DNA of 64,000 nucleotides, taken from assembly GCA_965140785.1 (NCBI GenBank), contig OZ223481.1, positions 704,001 through 768,000 of the forward strand, in the 5' to 3' direction. A program made the position numbers and the translations under genes. The notes beneath the pieces were generated by a model. It was not told the origin of the DNA. It did not search any database and saw only the letters and a program-made list of their open reading frames with translations. This document shows positions 19,232 through 29,395 of this stretch, piece by piece. Each line of letters opens with the position of its first letter. Position 1 is the first letter of the stretch. This DNA is from an uncultured Ruficoccus sp. GTDB lineage: Bacteria > Verrucomicrobiota > Verrucomicrobiia > Opitutales > Cerasicoccaceae.

Positions 19232-21472
19232 ATGCTGAACCTTTCCGACGAGCAACTCGCCCAACTCGACCCCGGTGCGCTGACCGCTCTGCTGCGGGCC
19301 GCGCCCAGCGCCGAGAGCGCCCGGGCGCTCTGGCCGGCGCTGGAAAAACTCCCCGCCGCCTGCCCGAAGCTGGCCGCCGCCTTTCTCGACGCGCTGGGTG
19401 GGGAAGGGGAGGAGGCTTTGCGTATCTGGTTGGAAAAAAACACCGGCAGGGGCGAACACCCCGGGGGCGAATCGTTCCCCGGGTCCGTTCCCCCGATGGC
19501 CCTGTGGCTGACGGCGGCCGGTTGGGAACAGCTGGGCGACGACGCCCGCACCCGCGCCGCCTGGGAAAGTGTCGCCGAGGCGGATGGCTTCGGCCAGCCC
19601 GGTGAGGCCCGGCTGGCGTTGGCCCGGCTGCAACTGCGCGCTGGTGAACCCGAAATGGCACTCGCCACCCTGCGCGAGGCCCTCCGGCGGGGCGGAGCGG
19701 AGTACGATTTCTGGAGCCGGGCCGACCGCCTTCTGCGCAAGCTTTCCCAAAAAATACCCACGCCGGAGCGCCCGTTGAAAATCGCCCTGCTCGGCTCGTC
19801 CACGACGACCTTTCTCGCCGCCGCCGTGCGGGTCGCCGCTGTGCGCGACGGATTTTTTCCGGCCATCTACGAGTCGCCCTACGGGGCCTGGCGGCAGGAC
19901 ATCCTCGACGAGGGCTCGGGCCTGTACACTTTCACGCCGGACGTGGTCATCCTGGCCACGCATGGCCGCGACGCCGGGTTGCCCACCTTCGCCGCGGCCG
20001 ACGAGGCCGATTCACCGCCGCCGATTTTCACGGAATTAAAATCCCTCTGGGCCCGGTTGCTGGAGCGGTTGTCGTGCACCGTGCTGCAACACAGCTTCGA
20101 CCTGCCCGCAGAGGACGCCGGGAGTATGCTCAGCGCCAACGCGCCCGCCGGGCGCGTTCGTCGCCTGCGTGCCCTCAACGAGTCCCTGCGCCGCGAGGCC
20201 CCGTCCGGCGTCGCCATGGTGGACCTGGAAGCGCTTGCCGCCGGAGCGACGGAAGGCGGTTGGAGCGACCCGCGTCAGTGGTTCCTGCACAAGCAGCACC
20301 CGGCGATGGAGGCGCTCCCGCTGCTGGCCGACGCCTATCTCGGCCTCATCCGCGCCGCCGCCGGAACCGCCCGCAAGGTCCTCGTCCTCGACCTGGACAA
20401 CACCCTCTGGGGCGGCGTCATCGGCGAGGACGGCCTGGCGGGCATCCGCGTGGGCCCGCCGCACGCCGAGGGCGAGGCCTACGCCGCGCTCCAGCACTAC
20501 GCCCGCGACTTGAAAGAACGCGGCGTCCTCCTGGCCGTCTGCTCGAAGAATAACGCCGCCGACGCCCGCCTGCCTTTTGAAAAACACGACGGCATAGTTC
20601 TGAAGCTGGACGATTTCGCCGCCTTCGTTGCCAACTGGGAGAGCAAGCCCGCCAACCTGCGCGCCCTCGCCGCCGAGCTCAACCTCGGACTGGACAGTTT
20701 CGTTTTCGTTGATGACAACCCGGTGGAGCGTGCCCAGGTGCAGCGCGAATTGCCGGAGGTCGCCGTGCCCGAACTCGGGGCCGATCCGGCGCAGTTCGTC
20801 AACATTCTCGCCCGCGGGCATTGGTTCGAGGCGCTGCGGCTCTCCGGGGAGGACCGCGCCCGCCACGCCGCCTACCGCGCCAACTCCGAACGCCGCGAGC
20901 TGGAGCAGGCCGCCCCCGACCTGGAGTCCTTTCTGCGGCAACTGCGCATGACGGTTGCGCACGGCCCATTTACGCCGGAAAATCTCGACCGCGTTGCTCA
21001 GCTCATCGGCAAGACGAATCAGTTCAACCTGACCACCCGCCGTCACTCGGTTGAAAGATTGCAGCAATTAGCCGCCGATCCCGCCACCTGGACCCAGGCT
21101 TTTCGTTTAAAAGACCGCTACGGCGACAACGGGCTGGTCGGCGTCATCATCGCCATCCCTTCCGGTGAAGAGGAGTGGGAAGTGGACACGTTCTTAATGA
21201 GCTGCCGGGTTATTGGGCGCGGTTTGGCCGATTACATGGCCCTGACTCTCCTGAAAGCCGCCCGTACGCAGGGTATCAAGCGCGTGACCGGTATATATAT
21301 ACCGACCGCGAAAAACGCGATGGTGGCGGATTTTTATTTTCGATACGGGTTTGCTGCACGGCTGGATCCTGCCGATCAGATCCGGGCCGGAGCGCCCCGT
21401 CATTTTGTTTTTGAGGTCAGTAAGCAGGAGCTACCCGCAATAGCCGACGACTTGTTCACCGTTTCAGAGTAG
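19232..21472 (+). CDS. HAD-IIIC FkbH-like glyceryl-ACP synthase with N-terminal helical extension
   Basis: VLDLDNTLWGG, CSKN, DDNPVE, KTNQFNLTT, DRYGDNG, LMSCRV. Confidence 0.93.
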   Translation: MLNLSDEQLAQLDPGALTALLRAAPSAESARALWPALEKLPAACPKLAAAFLDALGGEGEEALRIWLEKNTGRGEHPGGESFPGSVPPMALWLTAAGWEQLGDDARTRAAWESVAEADGFGQPGEARLALARLQLRAGEPEMALATLREALRRGGAEYDFWSRADRLLRKLSQKIPTPERPLKIALLGSSTTTFLAAAVRVAAVRDGFFPAIYESPYGAWRQDILDEGSGLYTFTPDVVILATHGRDAGLPTFAAADEADSPPPIFTELKSLWARLLERLSCTVLQHSFDLPAEDAGSMLSANAPAGRVRRLRALNESLRREAPSGVAMVDLEALAAGATEGGWSDPRQWFLHKQHPAMEALPLLADAYLGLIRAAAGTARKVLVLDLDNTLWGGVIGEDGLAGIRVGPPHAEGEAYAALQHYARDLKERGVLLAVCSKNNAADARLPFEKHDGIVLKLDDFAAFVANWESKPANLRALAAELNLGLDSFVFVDDNPVERAQVQRELPEVAVPELGADPAQFVNILARGHWFEALRLSGEDRARHAAYRANSERRELEQAAPDLESFLRQLRMTVAHGPFTPENLDRVAQLIGKTNQFNLTTRRHSVERLQQLAADPATWTQAFRLKDRYGDNGLVGVIIAIPSGEEEWEVDTFLMSCRVIGRGLADYMALTLLKAARTQGIKRVTGIYIPTAKNAMVADFYFRYGFAARLDPADQIRAGAPRHFVFEVSKQELPAIADDLFTVSE

Positions 21473-21561
21473 CGGCCGCGTAGTAGCCCCTTCATGTCCT
21501 GTGCGGTCACGCACCCATGTTTGGGCTTTAATTTTTCGGGTGGCTCGTTCATCGTTCGCGG

Positions 21562-22835
21562 ATGGTCACGGAGACCCTGAAATTTTTGACGCCGCAGAGC
21601 ACCCGCGAGATCGCGGAGGGCTTCGGCACGCCTGTTTATGTGTACGACGAGGCCGCGCTGACCCGTCATGCCGAGGCCGCGCTGGCCTTTCCCAACGCTT
21701 TTGGGCTGACGGTGCGCTTCGCCATGAAGGCTTCGCCCAACGCCGCCATCCTGCGCGTGTTCCACCGGCTCGGGCTGCACATCGACGCCTCCAGCGGCTT
21801 TGAGGTCCGGCGCGCCCTGCGTGCGGGCATCCCCGCCGAGCACATCTCGCTCAGCACGCAGGAGTTTCCGGAAGACTTCGTCAGCCTGTACAAGAAGGGC
21901 ATCCGCTTCAATGCCTGTTCGCTGGCCCAGCTCGAGCGCTTCGGGGAGCTTTTCCCCGGCTGCCGCTGCGGCCTGCGCGTCAACCCCGGCCTGGGCTCCG
22001 GCGGCACCGGCAAGACCAACGTCGGCGGCCCGCACTCGAGCTTCGGCATCTGGCACGAGTGGCTGGGCGAGGCCGAGGCGATCATCCGCAAGCACGGGCT
22101 GAGCATCATCCGCATCCACACGCACATCGGCTCGGGCAGCGACCCGGTGGTCTGGGAGCGGGTGGCGCTGATGAGCCTGGAGACGGTCAAGCGCTTCCCC
22201 GACGTGATCACGCTCAACCTCGGCGGCGGCTACAAGGTCGCCCGCATGGCCACCGAAAAGGCGACCGACCTGCAACAGATCGGCGCTCCCGTGAAAGCGG
22301 CCTTCGAAAAGCTGGCGGCGGAGACCGGACGCGAGCTCAAGCTCGAGATCGAGCCGGGCACCTTTCTCGTGGCCAACGCCGGGGCGCTCGTTGCCACCGT
22401 GCGCGATGTCATCCGCACCGGCGGCCCCGACGGCATGCACTTTTTGAAACTCGACTCGGGCATGACGGAGATTCTCCGCCCCTCGCTCTACGCGGCCCAG
22501 CACCCGCTGGTCATCGTCCCGGCACAGGAGCGCGACACCCCCGCCGAGCGCGACTACCTCGTGGTCGGTCACTGCTGCGAGTCGGGCGACATCCTCACCA
22601 CCGGCGCGGACGATCCCGAGGCGCTCCAGCCCCGCACCCTGCCGGAGACTTTCCCGGCGACCTGTGCGTGGTCGAGGGCGCGGGCGCGTACTGCGCCGCC
22701 ATGACGGCTAAGAACTACAACTCCTTCCCCGAAGCGCCCGAGGTGCTCGTCGGCCTCGACGGCCAGCCGCGCCTCATCCGCCAGCGTCAGACCCTGGACC
22801 AGATATTCCAGAACGAGGTCGAGCCCGAGGAATAG
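21562..22835 (+). CDS. lysA: Diaminopimelate decarboxylase (frameshift near 22653-22655)
   Basis: FAMKA, HTHIGS, NLGGG, IEPG, CESGD in one frame; GAYC...NYNS in another; adding one C to TTCCCGGC restores the frame. Confidence 0.9.
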
Positions 22836-22955
22836 TTTTCAACAGGAAGGGCGGAAAGACCGAGAGAGCTTGTCGTTGATTGCTTTTCGTTATCTCAAGC
22901 GCGGCTCTCCGGTTTGAGCGTGATTTCTGCCGGACAGATGGTGTAAGCTTGTCCG

Positions 22956-24611
22956 GTGAGTTTATTCAGCCAGTCCCTTCGTTTGTTTTTTTTATGCTCG
23001 CTCGCTATGGCGGCGGTGTGTGGGCCTGATCTGTACGCGGCGGACCCTGCCGACTCAGGACAAGAGCCCTGGCCCGACGACTACGAGCTGACCCTGCGTG
23101 TGGCACAGCAAGACCCGGCGGCTGATTTTTCCACTATCAACGCGGCGGCACGGGCGGCCTTGACGGAAGCGGCCGCGGGAACAAGCGTGCGTGTGCTGAT
23201 TGCGCCGGGCCTGTACCGTGAGCACGTGGAGCTGGTCGGAGAGGCCGGGCGCACCTATGCGCCGATGGCGATCGAGGCCGAGGAGGCGGGCCGGGCGGTC
23301 ATCAGTGGGAGCGAGATTGTCAACGGCTGGGAAGTCGGCGACAGCGACTATTTCGAAAAGGATTTCTCCCCGGATGAGAGGATCGTGACGGTTTTTGTGC
23401 AGAGCGTCCGCCTGGCGCGGGCGCGCCCGGACCGGAAGTTGGGCGGCGGGCAGTTCCGGTTGGTGGGCGATCAGGTGCAGCTCGTTCCTCCCGGCAATGC
23501 AACCGTGGCCGACGGGCTGGTCGAGGTCGCCACCGAGGCGAAAGGCCAACTGCTGAGTATCCAGAATTTGGATACAGTGTTTATTTCCGGGCTCTACCTG
23601 CGCCAGAGCGGGGGCGAGGGGATGCGCGTACAGGCTTGCCGCCGGGTGAAACTTGAGCACACGACCTCCGAGCATCATTATATTTCGGGCTATCACTTCG
23701 AGGATCTGGAGCGGCTGGCCCTCGTCAACACCGACGCCCTGCGCAACGGCAAGGAAGGCATTGACGCGGTCAATGTGGGCGAACTGACAGCCGTCAGCGG
23801 CGCGGCCTCCCTGAACGGTTACCGGGTGGACGAGGAGCGGATGCTGGCCGGGGACGCCTTCGGTCTGGTGGTCAACACCGCCAAGCGCCTGAGCCTGCGA
23901 AACTTTCAGGCAGCGGACAACCGCGGGGCCGGACTGGGCATCCACTACACCGAGGATGTGCTCATCCGCCGCAGCAAGCTGCTCAACAACCAAGTGGGCA
24001 TGCTGGCCTTCCGAGCGGGGCAGGTGCAGCTCAAAGAAGTCGTCGTCGCGGCCAACCAGGCCGCGGGTGTCGTGCTTATCGAGACGGACTGCGCGGCGGT
24101 CTGGTCTGTTTTTAGCGGCAACGGCGAGACGGGCGGAGACGGGCTCTCCGCCCAGATCTTAGCCGGGGACGACGTAAGCGTATCGCTCGATCACTGTATT
24201 GTCTCCAGCACCGACGCACAAGTGGCGCTGGTGGCGCTCGAGGCTCCCGAGCAGGTGGATACTTTTACCGGGAATCTTTACTGGGGGTCGGACCAGCCCT
24301 TTATTATTGGTTCATTGATGCCGCATAAGGACGGAACCGATCCGCTGGACGAGGCGCTCGACTTCGCCGCCTGGCAGGCGGTCACGGGGCAGGACCTGGA
24401 TTCGGCCTGGGGGGACCCGATGTTCAACGACCCGAAGTACTTCGAGTTTATCCCGCTTAACGACAGCATCTGGTACCAGCAGAAAAACTGGCCCGTGCGC
24501 ACTCTGACCGAAGCCGAGCAGACCGCCGCCCGCGAGAAGTACCTCGCTCCGGCGAGCAGCGGTGAAAGCGCCCCCGAGCCGGTTCCCGATCCGTTCGCCC
24601 CCGCGCCTTAA
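22956..24611 (+). CDS. Secreted right-handed parallel beta-helix protein
   Basis: Signal peptide, FSTINAA..IAPGLYRE motif, repeated N-x-x-G beta-helix turns. Confidence 0.75.
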   Translation: MSLFSQSLRLFFLCSLAMAAVCGPDLYAADPADSGQEPWPDDYELTLRVAQQDPAADFSTINAAARAALTEAAAGTSVRVLIAPGLYREHVELVGEAGRTYAPMAIEAEEAGRAVISGSEIVNGWEVGDSDYFEKDFSPDERIVTVFVQSVRLARARPDRKLGGGQFRLVGDQVQLVPPGNATVADGLVEVATEAKGQLLSIQNLDTVFISGLYLRQSGGEGMRVQACRRVKLEHTTSEHHYISGYHFEDLERLALVNTDALRNGKEGIDAVNVGELTAVSGAASLNGYRVDEERMLAGDAFGLVVNTAKRLSLRNFQAADNRGAGLGIHYTEDVLIRRSKLLNNQVGMLAFRAGQVQLKEVVVAANQAAGVVLIETDCAAVWSVFSGNGETGGDGLSAQILAGDDVSVSLDHCIVSSTDAQVALVALEAPEQVDTFTGNLYWGSDQPFIIGSLMPHKDGTDPLDEALDFAAWQAVTGQDLDSAWGDPMFNDPKYFEFIPLNDSIWYQQKNWPVRTLTEAEQTAAREKYLAPASSGESAPEPVPDPFAPAP

Positions 24612-24650
24612 GCTCTCCCTGTCGATGATCCGCGCATGGTTCTGGGGTGT

Positions 24651-24687
24651 TGTCATCCTGAGCAAGCGCAGCGCGTCGAAGGATCTC
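24651..24687 (+). repeat. REP-like palindromic unit (GTCATCCTGAG...GAAGGATCTC type)
   Basis: Intergenic TGTCATCCTGAGCAAGCGCAGCGCGTCGAAGGATCTC; resembles a widespread extragenic repeat class (from recall). Confidence 0.45.
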
Positions 24688-24889
24688 CCGGTTCGTGTTT
24701 TTATCGAAGGGAGCAAAAGAGAGCGCGAGAAAAATTCCACCGCCGGAAAAATATGCTCCCGCCGTGATCCGTACTGGATTTCCTCCCGCTTATCATGCTA
24801 TCTAGAGTATCTTGCGCAGGTAAACTAACTTTACGGCCCTTTCGCGGGTCCGCTCCCGGTTCCCGCGCTTTTGCGTTTAACAATTTCCC

Positions 24890-26373
24890 ATGTCCAACCT
24901 CCGTCATCATCCCCTCGGTAAGCCCGTCCCCGACAGCGTCCACGCGGTCTGCGTGAGCCTGCCCACGCTGCACGATGTCATCGGCTACGAGGAAAAGCGG
25001 GCCGACACCCTGCGCGGCGGTCAAGTTCGCCTACCCGCGCTTTGTCTTCCATGACTACGTGCTGAGGGCCGCCGCCCAGGGGGCGAAGAAGCACGGGTTG
25101 GCGGGCCGGGCGGTGTACGCGGTCGCCTCCGAGCGTTCCGCCCGGGAGATGGCGGTCTGGATGAAGCTGTCCGAATACGCCATCGTGGCGGAGGCGGATT
25201 TCGTGCTCATGCACTTCGCGGACCGCCCCGAGGCCTGCGCCGCCGCCAAGGCCTTTCTCCAGCACACCGGGGCGAGCATTTCCTCTCGCCAGGCCGAGAC
25301 TTACCTGCGGGCCGAGGGCTTGTTAATAAATGTCCAGGCCGAGGAACGCCAGGCCGACGGGGCGAGGGACAAAGTTCTCACCACGCTGCGCGACTACCTG
25401 CCGACCCCCGCGCTGCATCTGTGCACCAGCGGCATGAACGCCTTTTACGCCGCGCTCAAGGCCACCCGGCGGCTCCAGGCCCCGCGCGGGGCGACGCGTC
25501 TATGTGCAACTGGGCTGGCTCTACCTCGACACGATGAAGATCCTCCAGCACTTTCTGGAGCCGGACGAGGAGGTTATCGTGCAGACGGACGTCTTCGATT
25601 GGGCGGCGATTGAGAAAATCTTCGCCGACTGCGGCGACCGGCTGGCGGGCGTGGTGACGGAGCTGCCGACCAACCCCCTCGTGCACACCCTCGATGTGGA
25701 GCGGCTCTCCGAGCTGTGTCGCCGGCACGGGGTGGTGCGGATTTTTGACCCGAGCCTGGCCGGCGTCGTCAATGTCGATATCCTGCCGCATACCGATCTG
25801 CTCATGACGAGCCTGACCAAGTACGCCGCGCACGCCGGGGATGTCATGAGCGGAGCCCTGGCAGTCAATCCTGATTCGCCCTTTTTCGCGGAGTTGGGCG
25901 ACCTGGCCGCGGGAGAGGTTGAGGCCCCCTACGCCGGGGACGTTGCCCGGCTGGCGACCCAGATCGCGGACATGCCGGCGGTGGCGGCGAAGGTTAACGC
26001 CAACGCCCGGGCGGTGACGGAGCACCTGTCGCGTTCGCCGCGCGTCGCGCGGCTGTTCACGCCCCTGGAAGGGCGTTCGGCGGGGAACTACCGGCGCATC
26101 GCCCGAAGTGATGAGGCGGTCGGCGCGATTTTGACTTTCGACCTGGCCGGGAAACTGGCGGACTTTTACGATCACGCCCGCGTGGTCAAGGGGCCCAGTT
26201 TCGGCACGGACTACACGATGATGTGCCCGTTTCTGTATATTGCCCACTTCGATTTGGTGACCACGGTGGAGGGGCGGAAGCTGCTGCGCGCCCACGGGCT
26301 CAACCCCGAGCTGATCCGCCTCTCAGTGGGGACGGAGCCGGCGGACGAGATCATTGAGGCGCTCGGACTGTAG
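24890..26373 (+). CDS. PLP-dependent cystathionine gamma-synthase-like transferase (two frameshifts, near 25013 and 25490)
   Basis: [24 protein letters not shown], then YPRF, SGMNAFY, ELPTNP, SLTK (PLP Lys), KGPSFG, RLSVG spread across three frames. Confidence 0.85.
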
Positions 26374-26501
26374 GGCGGTTTTATCGGCTGGGGGGGCAAC
26401 GCCGCTCTTGTTGGCTGGAATATGCGTGCATCGGTTTTGAATAAGATCGACTTTTTAGGAGTATAAGATTTCACTCCGTAATTGTTTTAACTTTATTCGG
26501 C

Positions 26502-27958
26502 ATGACAAAGACAGCGGTTTCCCAGCGCACTCCTTGGCTCGGGGCTGTCATACTCCTTCTCGCGGCGCAGACGGTACTGGTTGCCGATTATGCTTCCAGC
26601 TACGACTTGCGGGACTACGGCTTGGTCACCCGCGTCGAGGACCAGGGGGATCTCGGCGACTGCTGGGCCTTCGCCTCGACCACGACCTTCGAGAGCGCCG
26701 TGCTCAAGTCCGGGCTCGAGACGGATCCCTACAGCCCGAATGTCCAGCTCTTGCAGTGGCACCTGGCCACCCGCAGCGGCGTCTCGCTGGTGCTCACGCC
26801 CACTTTCGAGGACGGGTACCCGAGCTACCAGGGCTGGGGCGGTAACGTATATGAATCCGTCGCCTACTATATACGCGGCCGGGGAGCCTGGAACTCGCCG
26901 GAGCCGGACCCCAGCATTCCGCAGATCGGTGGTGGCGCTGTCCTTCTGGGCTCAAGCCCACTCAACGACTACCCGCTGCAGGCGGCCGAGTCCGGCCAGG
27001 ATCTCAGCCCCTACATCCCGCCGGTATCCCAGCCCCTGGCCTACGGCGTGCGCAACGCCTACATGATCAACAAAGACAACTATTCCGCCGCCCAACAGGT
27101 CAACCGCATCAAGTCCGCCCTCAACAATTACGGGGCGGTGGGCACGACTATCTATATGGATCAGTCGCAGGTCAACCCGACGACGTACACCTATCTTTAT
27201 GAGGGTCGAAGAACACGAACCACGTAGTGACCATCGTCGGATGGGACGATAACAAGGCGGTCACGGGCGCTACCAGTAACGGCGCCTGGCTCATACAGAA
27301 CTCCTGGGGAGACGACTGGGCGGATGCCGGCTACTTCTGGATTTCCTATGAAGACACGCATGCCGGTAAGACCTCGAACATGGCGCTCGAGGTTATGTCG
27401 ATGGGCGAGTACGCCTCCACGGTGCTGCAAAATCAGCTATTTTTCCCCGGACAGGTGCGTCAACTGGAGGATCTCAGCACCATGCAACTGGCCAGTATCC
27501 TGACCTCCTCCGAGGCGGGCGTACTTGATGCTATTGGCATCGTCACTTACTACGACGAGCTCATTGTCACCATCAGCATCTATGTCAGTTGGGATGACGT
27601 GAATAACATGCCCGATACCCTCTTGCCGGAGTACACGGTGACGACGCAAATCGACCTGGCCGGGTATCACCTGATCGACCTGGAGGAGGACTACGCCTAC
27701 TTCGCCGACCAGGAGATTGTTGTCGTGGTCGAGTACGAAGGGGACGTATTTTACTATGACGACGAAAGCGAGCTGCACGAAGGCGTTTCCTATGTCTTCG
27801 ACGGCGAGGAGTGGGTGGACCTGGCTCTGGTCGATTCGCCCGGCACGCTGTTTGTCAAAGGCTACACGCTCGTGCCTGAGCCCGCCGAATGGGCTGCGCT
27901 GGCCGGGCTGGCCGCCGTCGTGTTCGTCGTGATCCGCCGCCGGAAGGCGGTTGCCTAG
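26502..27958 (+). CDS. PEP-CTERM-anchored C1A (papain-like) cysteine peptidase (frameshift near 27204)
   Basis: QGDLGDCWAF, NHVVTIVGWDD, QNSWG; C-terminal VPEP-TM-RRRK; one extra G in GAGGG restores the frame. Confidence 0.88.
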
Positions 27959-27986
27959 GCCGGGCTTTACGCCCAGACTCCCCGGC

Positions 27987-28844
27987 ATGGATACGCTTAC
28001 CGTGCGCCCCATGCGGCGTGAAGAACTCGACACCGCCGTCGAGTGGGCCGCCTGCGAAGGTTGGAATCCCGGACGGAGCGACGCGGATGTGTTTTGGGCG
28101 ACCGACCCGGAGGGCTTTTTCGTGGCCGAGGCGGACGGGGAAATCGTCGGCAGCGGTTCGATGGTTTCCTACGGGGGCGAGTACGGCTTTATCGGGTTTT
28201 TCATCGTCAAACCCTCCCGGCGGCATGAGAGCATTGGCTTTCCTCACCTGGGCAACGCCCTCATGGAGAGCGCCCGCCGCCGCCTCCAGCCCGGCGCGCC
28301 CGTCGGCATCGACGGAGTTTTCGCCGCCCAGCAGGCTTACGCCCGTTACGGATTTGTTTTCTCCCATCGCAACCTGCGCATGGCCGGAATCGGCAAGTCA
28401 GCCTCGCCCGCAGGCACCCTGAGCGAGCTCTCCCGCGTGCCCTTCGACGAGATCGAGACCTACGATTTGCGCCACTTCGGTTTTTCCCGGCGGGCTTTTC
28501 TCGAACGCTGGATCGAGCCCGAGGGCGGGCTTGGACTCGGCGCGGTGCGCGAAGGGAAACTGTGCGGCTATGGCGTAGTCCGTCCCTGCCGCGAGGGCTA
28601 CAAGATCGGGCCGCTCTTCGCCGACGATGCCGACGTGGCCGAGGATTTATACTGCGCGCTCAGCGATCGCGCCTGCGGCGAGCCGGTCTTTCTCGACACG
28701 CCCGAGAACAACCCCGACGCGCTCGGCCTGGCCGAACGCCACGGGCTGCGGGAGGTCTTCGGCTGCGCCCGTATGTACCTGGGCGAAGCCCCCGCCACCC
28801 CCTGGCAAAACATCTACGGCGTCACCACCTTCGAACTCGGCTAA
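27987..28844 (+). CDS. GNAT N-acetyltransferase (two-domain, YitH-like)
   Basis: [21 protein letters not shown]-terminal TTFELG. Confidence 0.88.
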   Translation: MDTLTVRPMRREELDTAVEWAACEGWNPGRSDADVFWATDPEGFFVAEADGEIVGSGSMVSYGGEYGFIGFFIVKPSRRHESIGFPHLGNALMESARRRLQPGAPVGIDGVFAAQQAYARYGFVFSHRNLRMAGIGKSASPAGTLSELSRVPFDEIETYDLRHFGFSRRAFLERWIEPEGGLGLGAVREGKLCGYGVVRPCREGYKIGPLFADDADVAEDLYCALSDRACGEPVFLDTPENNPDALGLAERHGLREVFGCARMYLGEAPATPWQNIYGVTTFELG

Positions 28845-29013
28845 GGCAGGCAGCGCATGCTCTGCAACCTGGATGCAAAGGCAGGGAAAATTCCTTCGGA
28901 CGACTTCCTCTTTGTCTTCTTATGCCGTCTCTTACATCCGACAAGCATTCATGGTAGAGTCGTAGCTATTGGCTGATAGCTCCCGTGTCTTTACGCCTCT
29001 TCGGTTCATTGAT

Positions 29014-29107
29014 TTTTTAACCACAAAGGCACAAATGACACAGAGGCTTTTTAAGGGATAAGCCCTGTGCCATTTTCGTGCTTCTTTGTGTTTTTCGTGG
29101 CTTAAAA
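29014..29107. repeat. Inverted pair of AACCACAAAGGCACAAA / TTTGTG..TTCGTGG units
   Basis: Same family as units at 29349-29378, 32425-32477, 32540-32568 and 54518-54556. Confidence 0.55.
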
Positions 29108-29154
29108 TGTCCTAAAAGTGAACTGAGGGTCGCTTCTAAAGAAGGCAGCAAGAG

Positions 29155-29321
29155 CTAGGCGACGTGGACAAAATAGCTCATGTCGCCCCCTTTGCCGCTT
29201 TTAGGCCCAAAATCCATGTCCTCAGCTCGACAATTCGTCAAATTGCCTCGCTTCGAAGCCTGAATTTCGGACCCAAAATCGCCTTCGGCTGCTCGTTCCG
29301 TATTTTGTCCACGCGGCCTAG
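29155..29321. mobile_element. MITE, 167 bp, with CTAG ends
   Basis: 21-bp terminal inverted repeats CTAGGCGACGTGGACAAAATA / TATTTTGTCCACGCGGCCTAG (19/21 match); no transposase. Confidence 0.7.
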
Positions 29322-29395
29322 GCGAGCCCACGAACAATAGCGGCAGCGCTTTGCGCCCTTTGCGTCTTTGCGGTTAAATAAACCTCATTTCAACA

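Noticed and set aside
22640..22704. Programmed ribosomal frameshift in lysA
   Set aside because: No canonical slippery heptamer; neighbouring genes carry similar indels, so sequencing error is simpler
24801..24830. CTAGAGTAT resembling a MITE end
   Set aside because: No matching inverted partner found nearby
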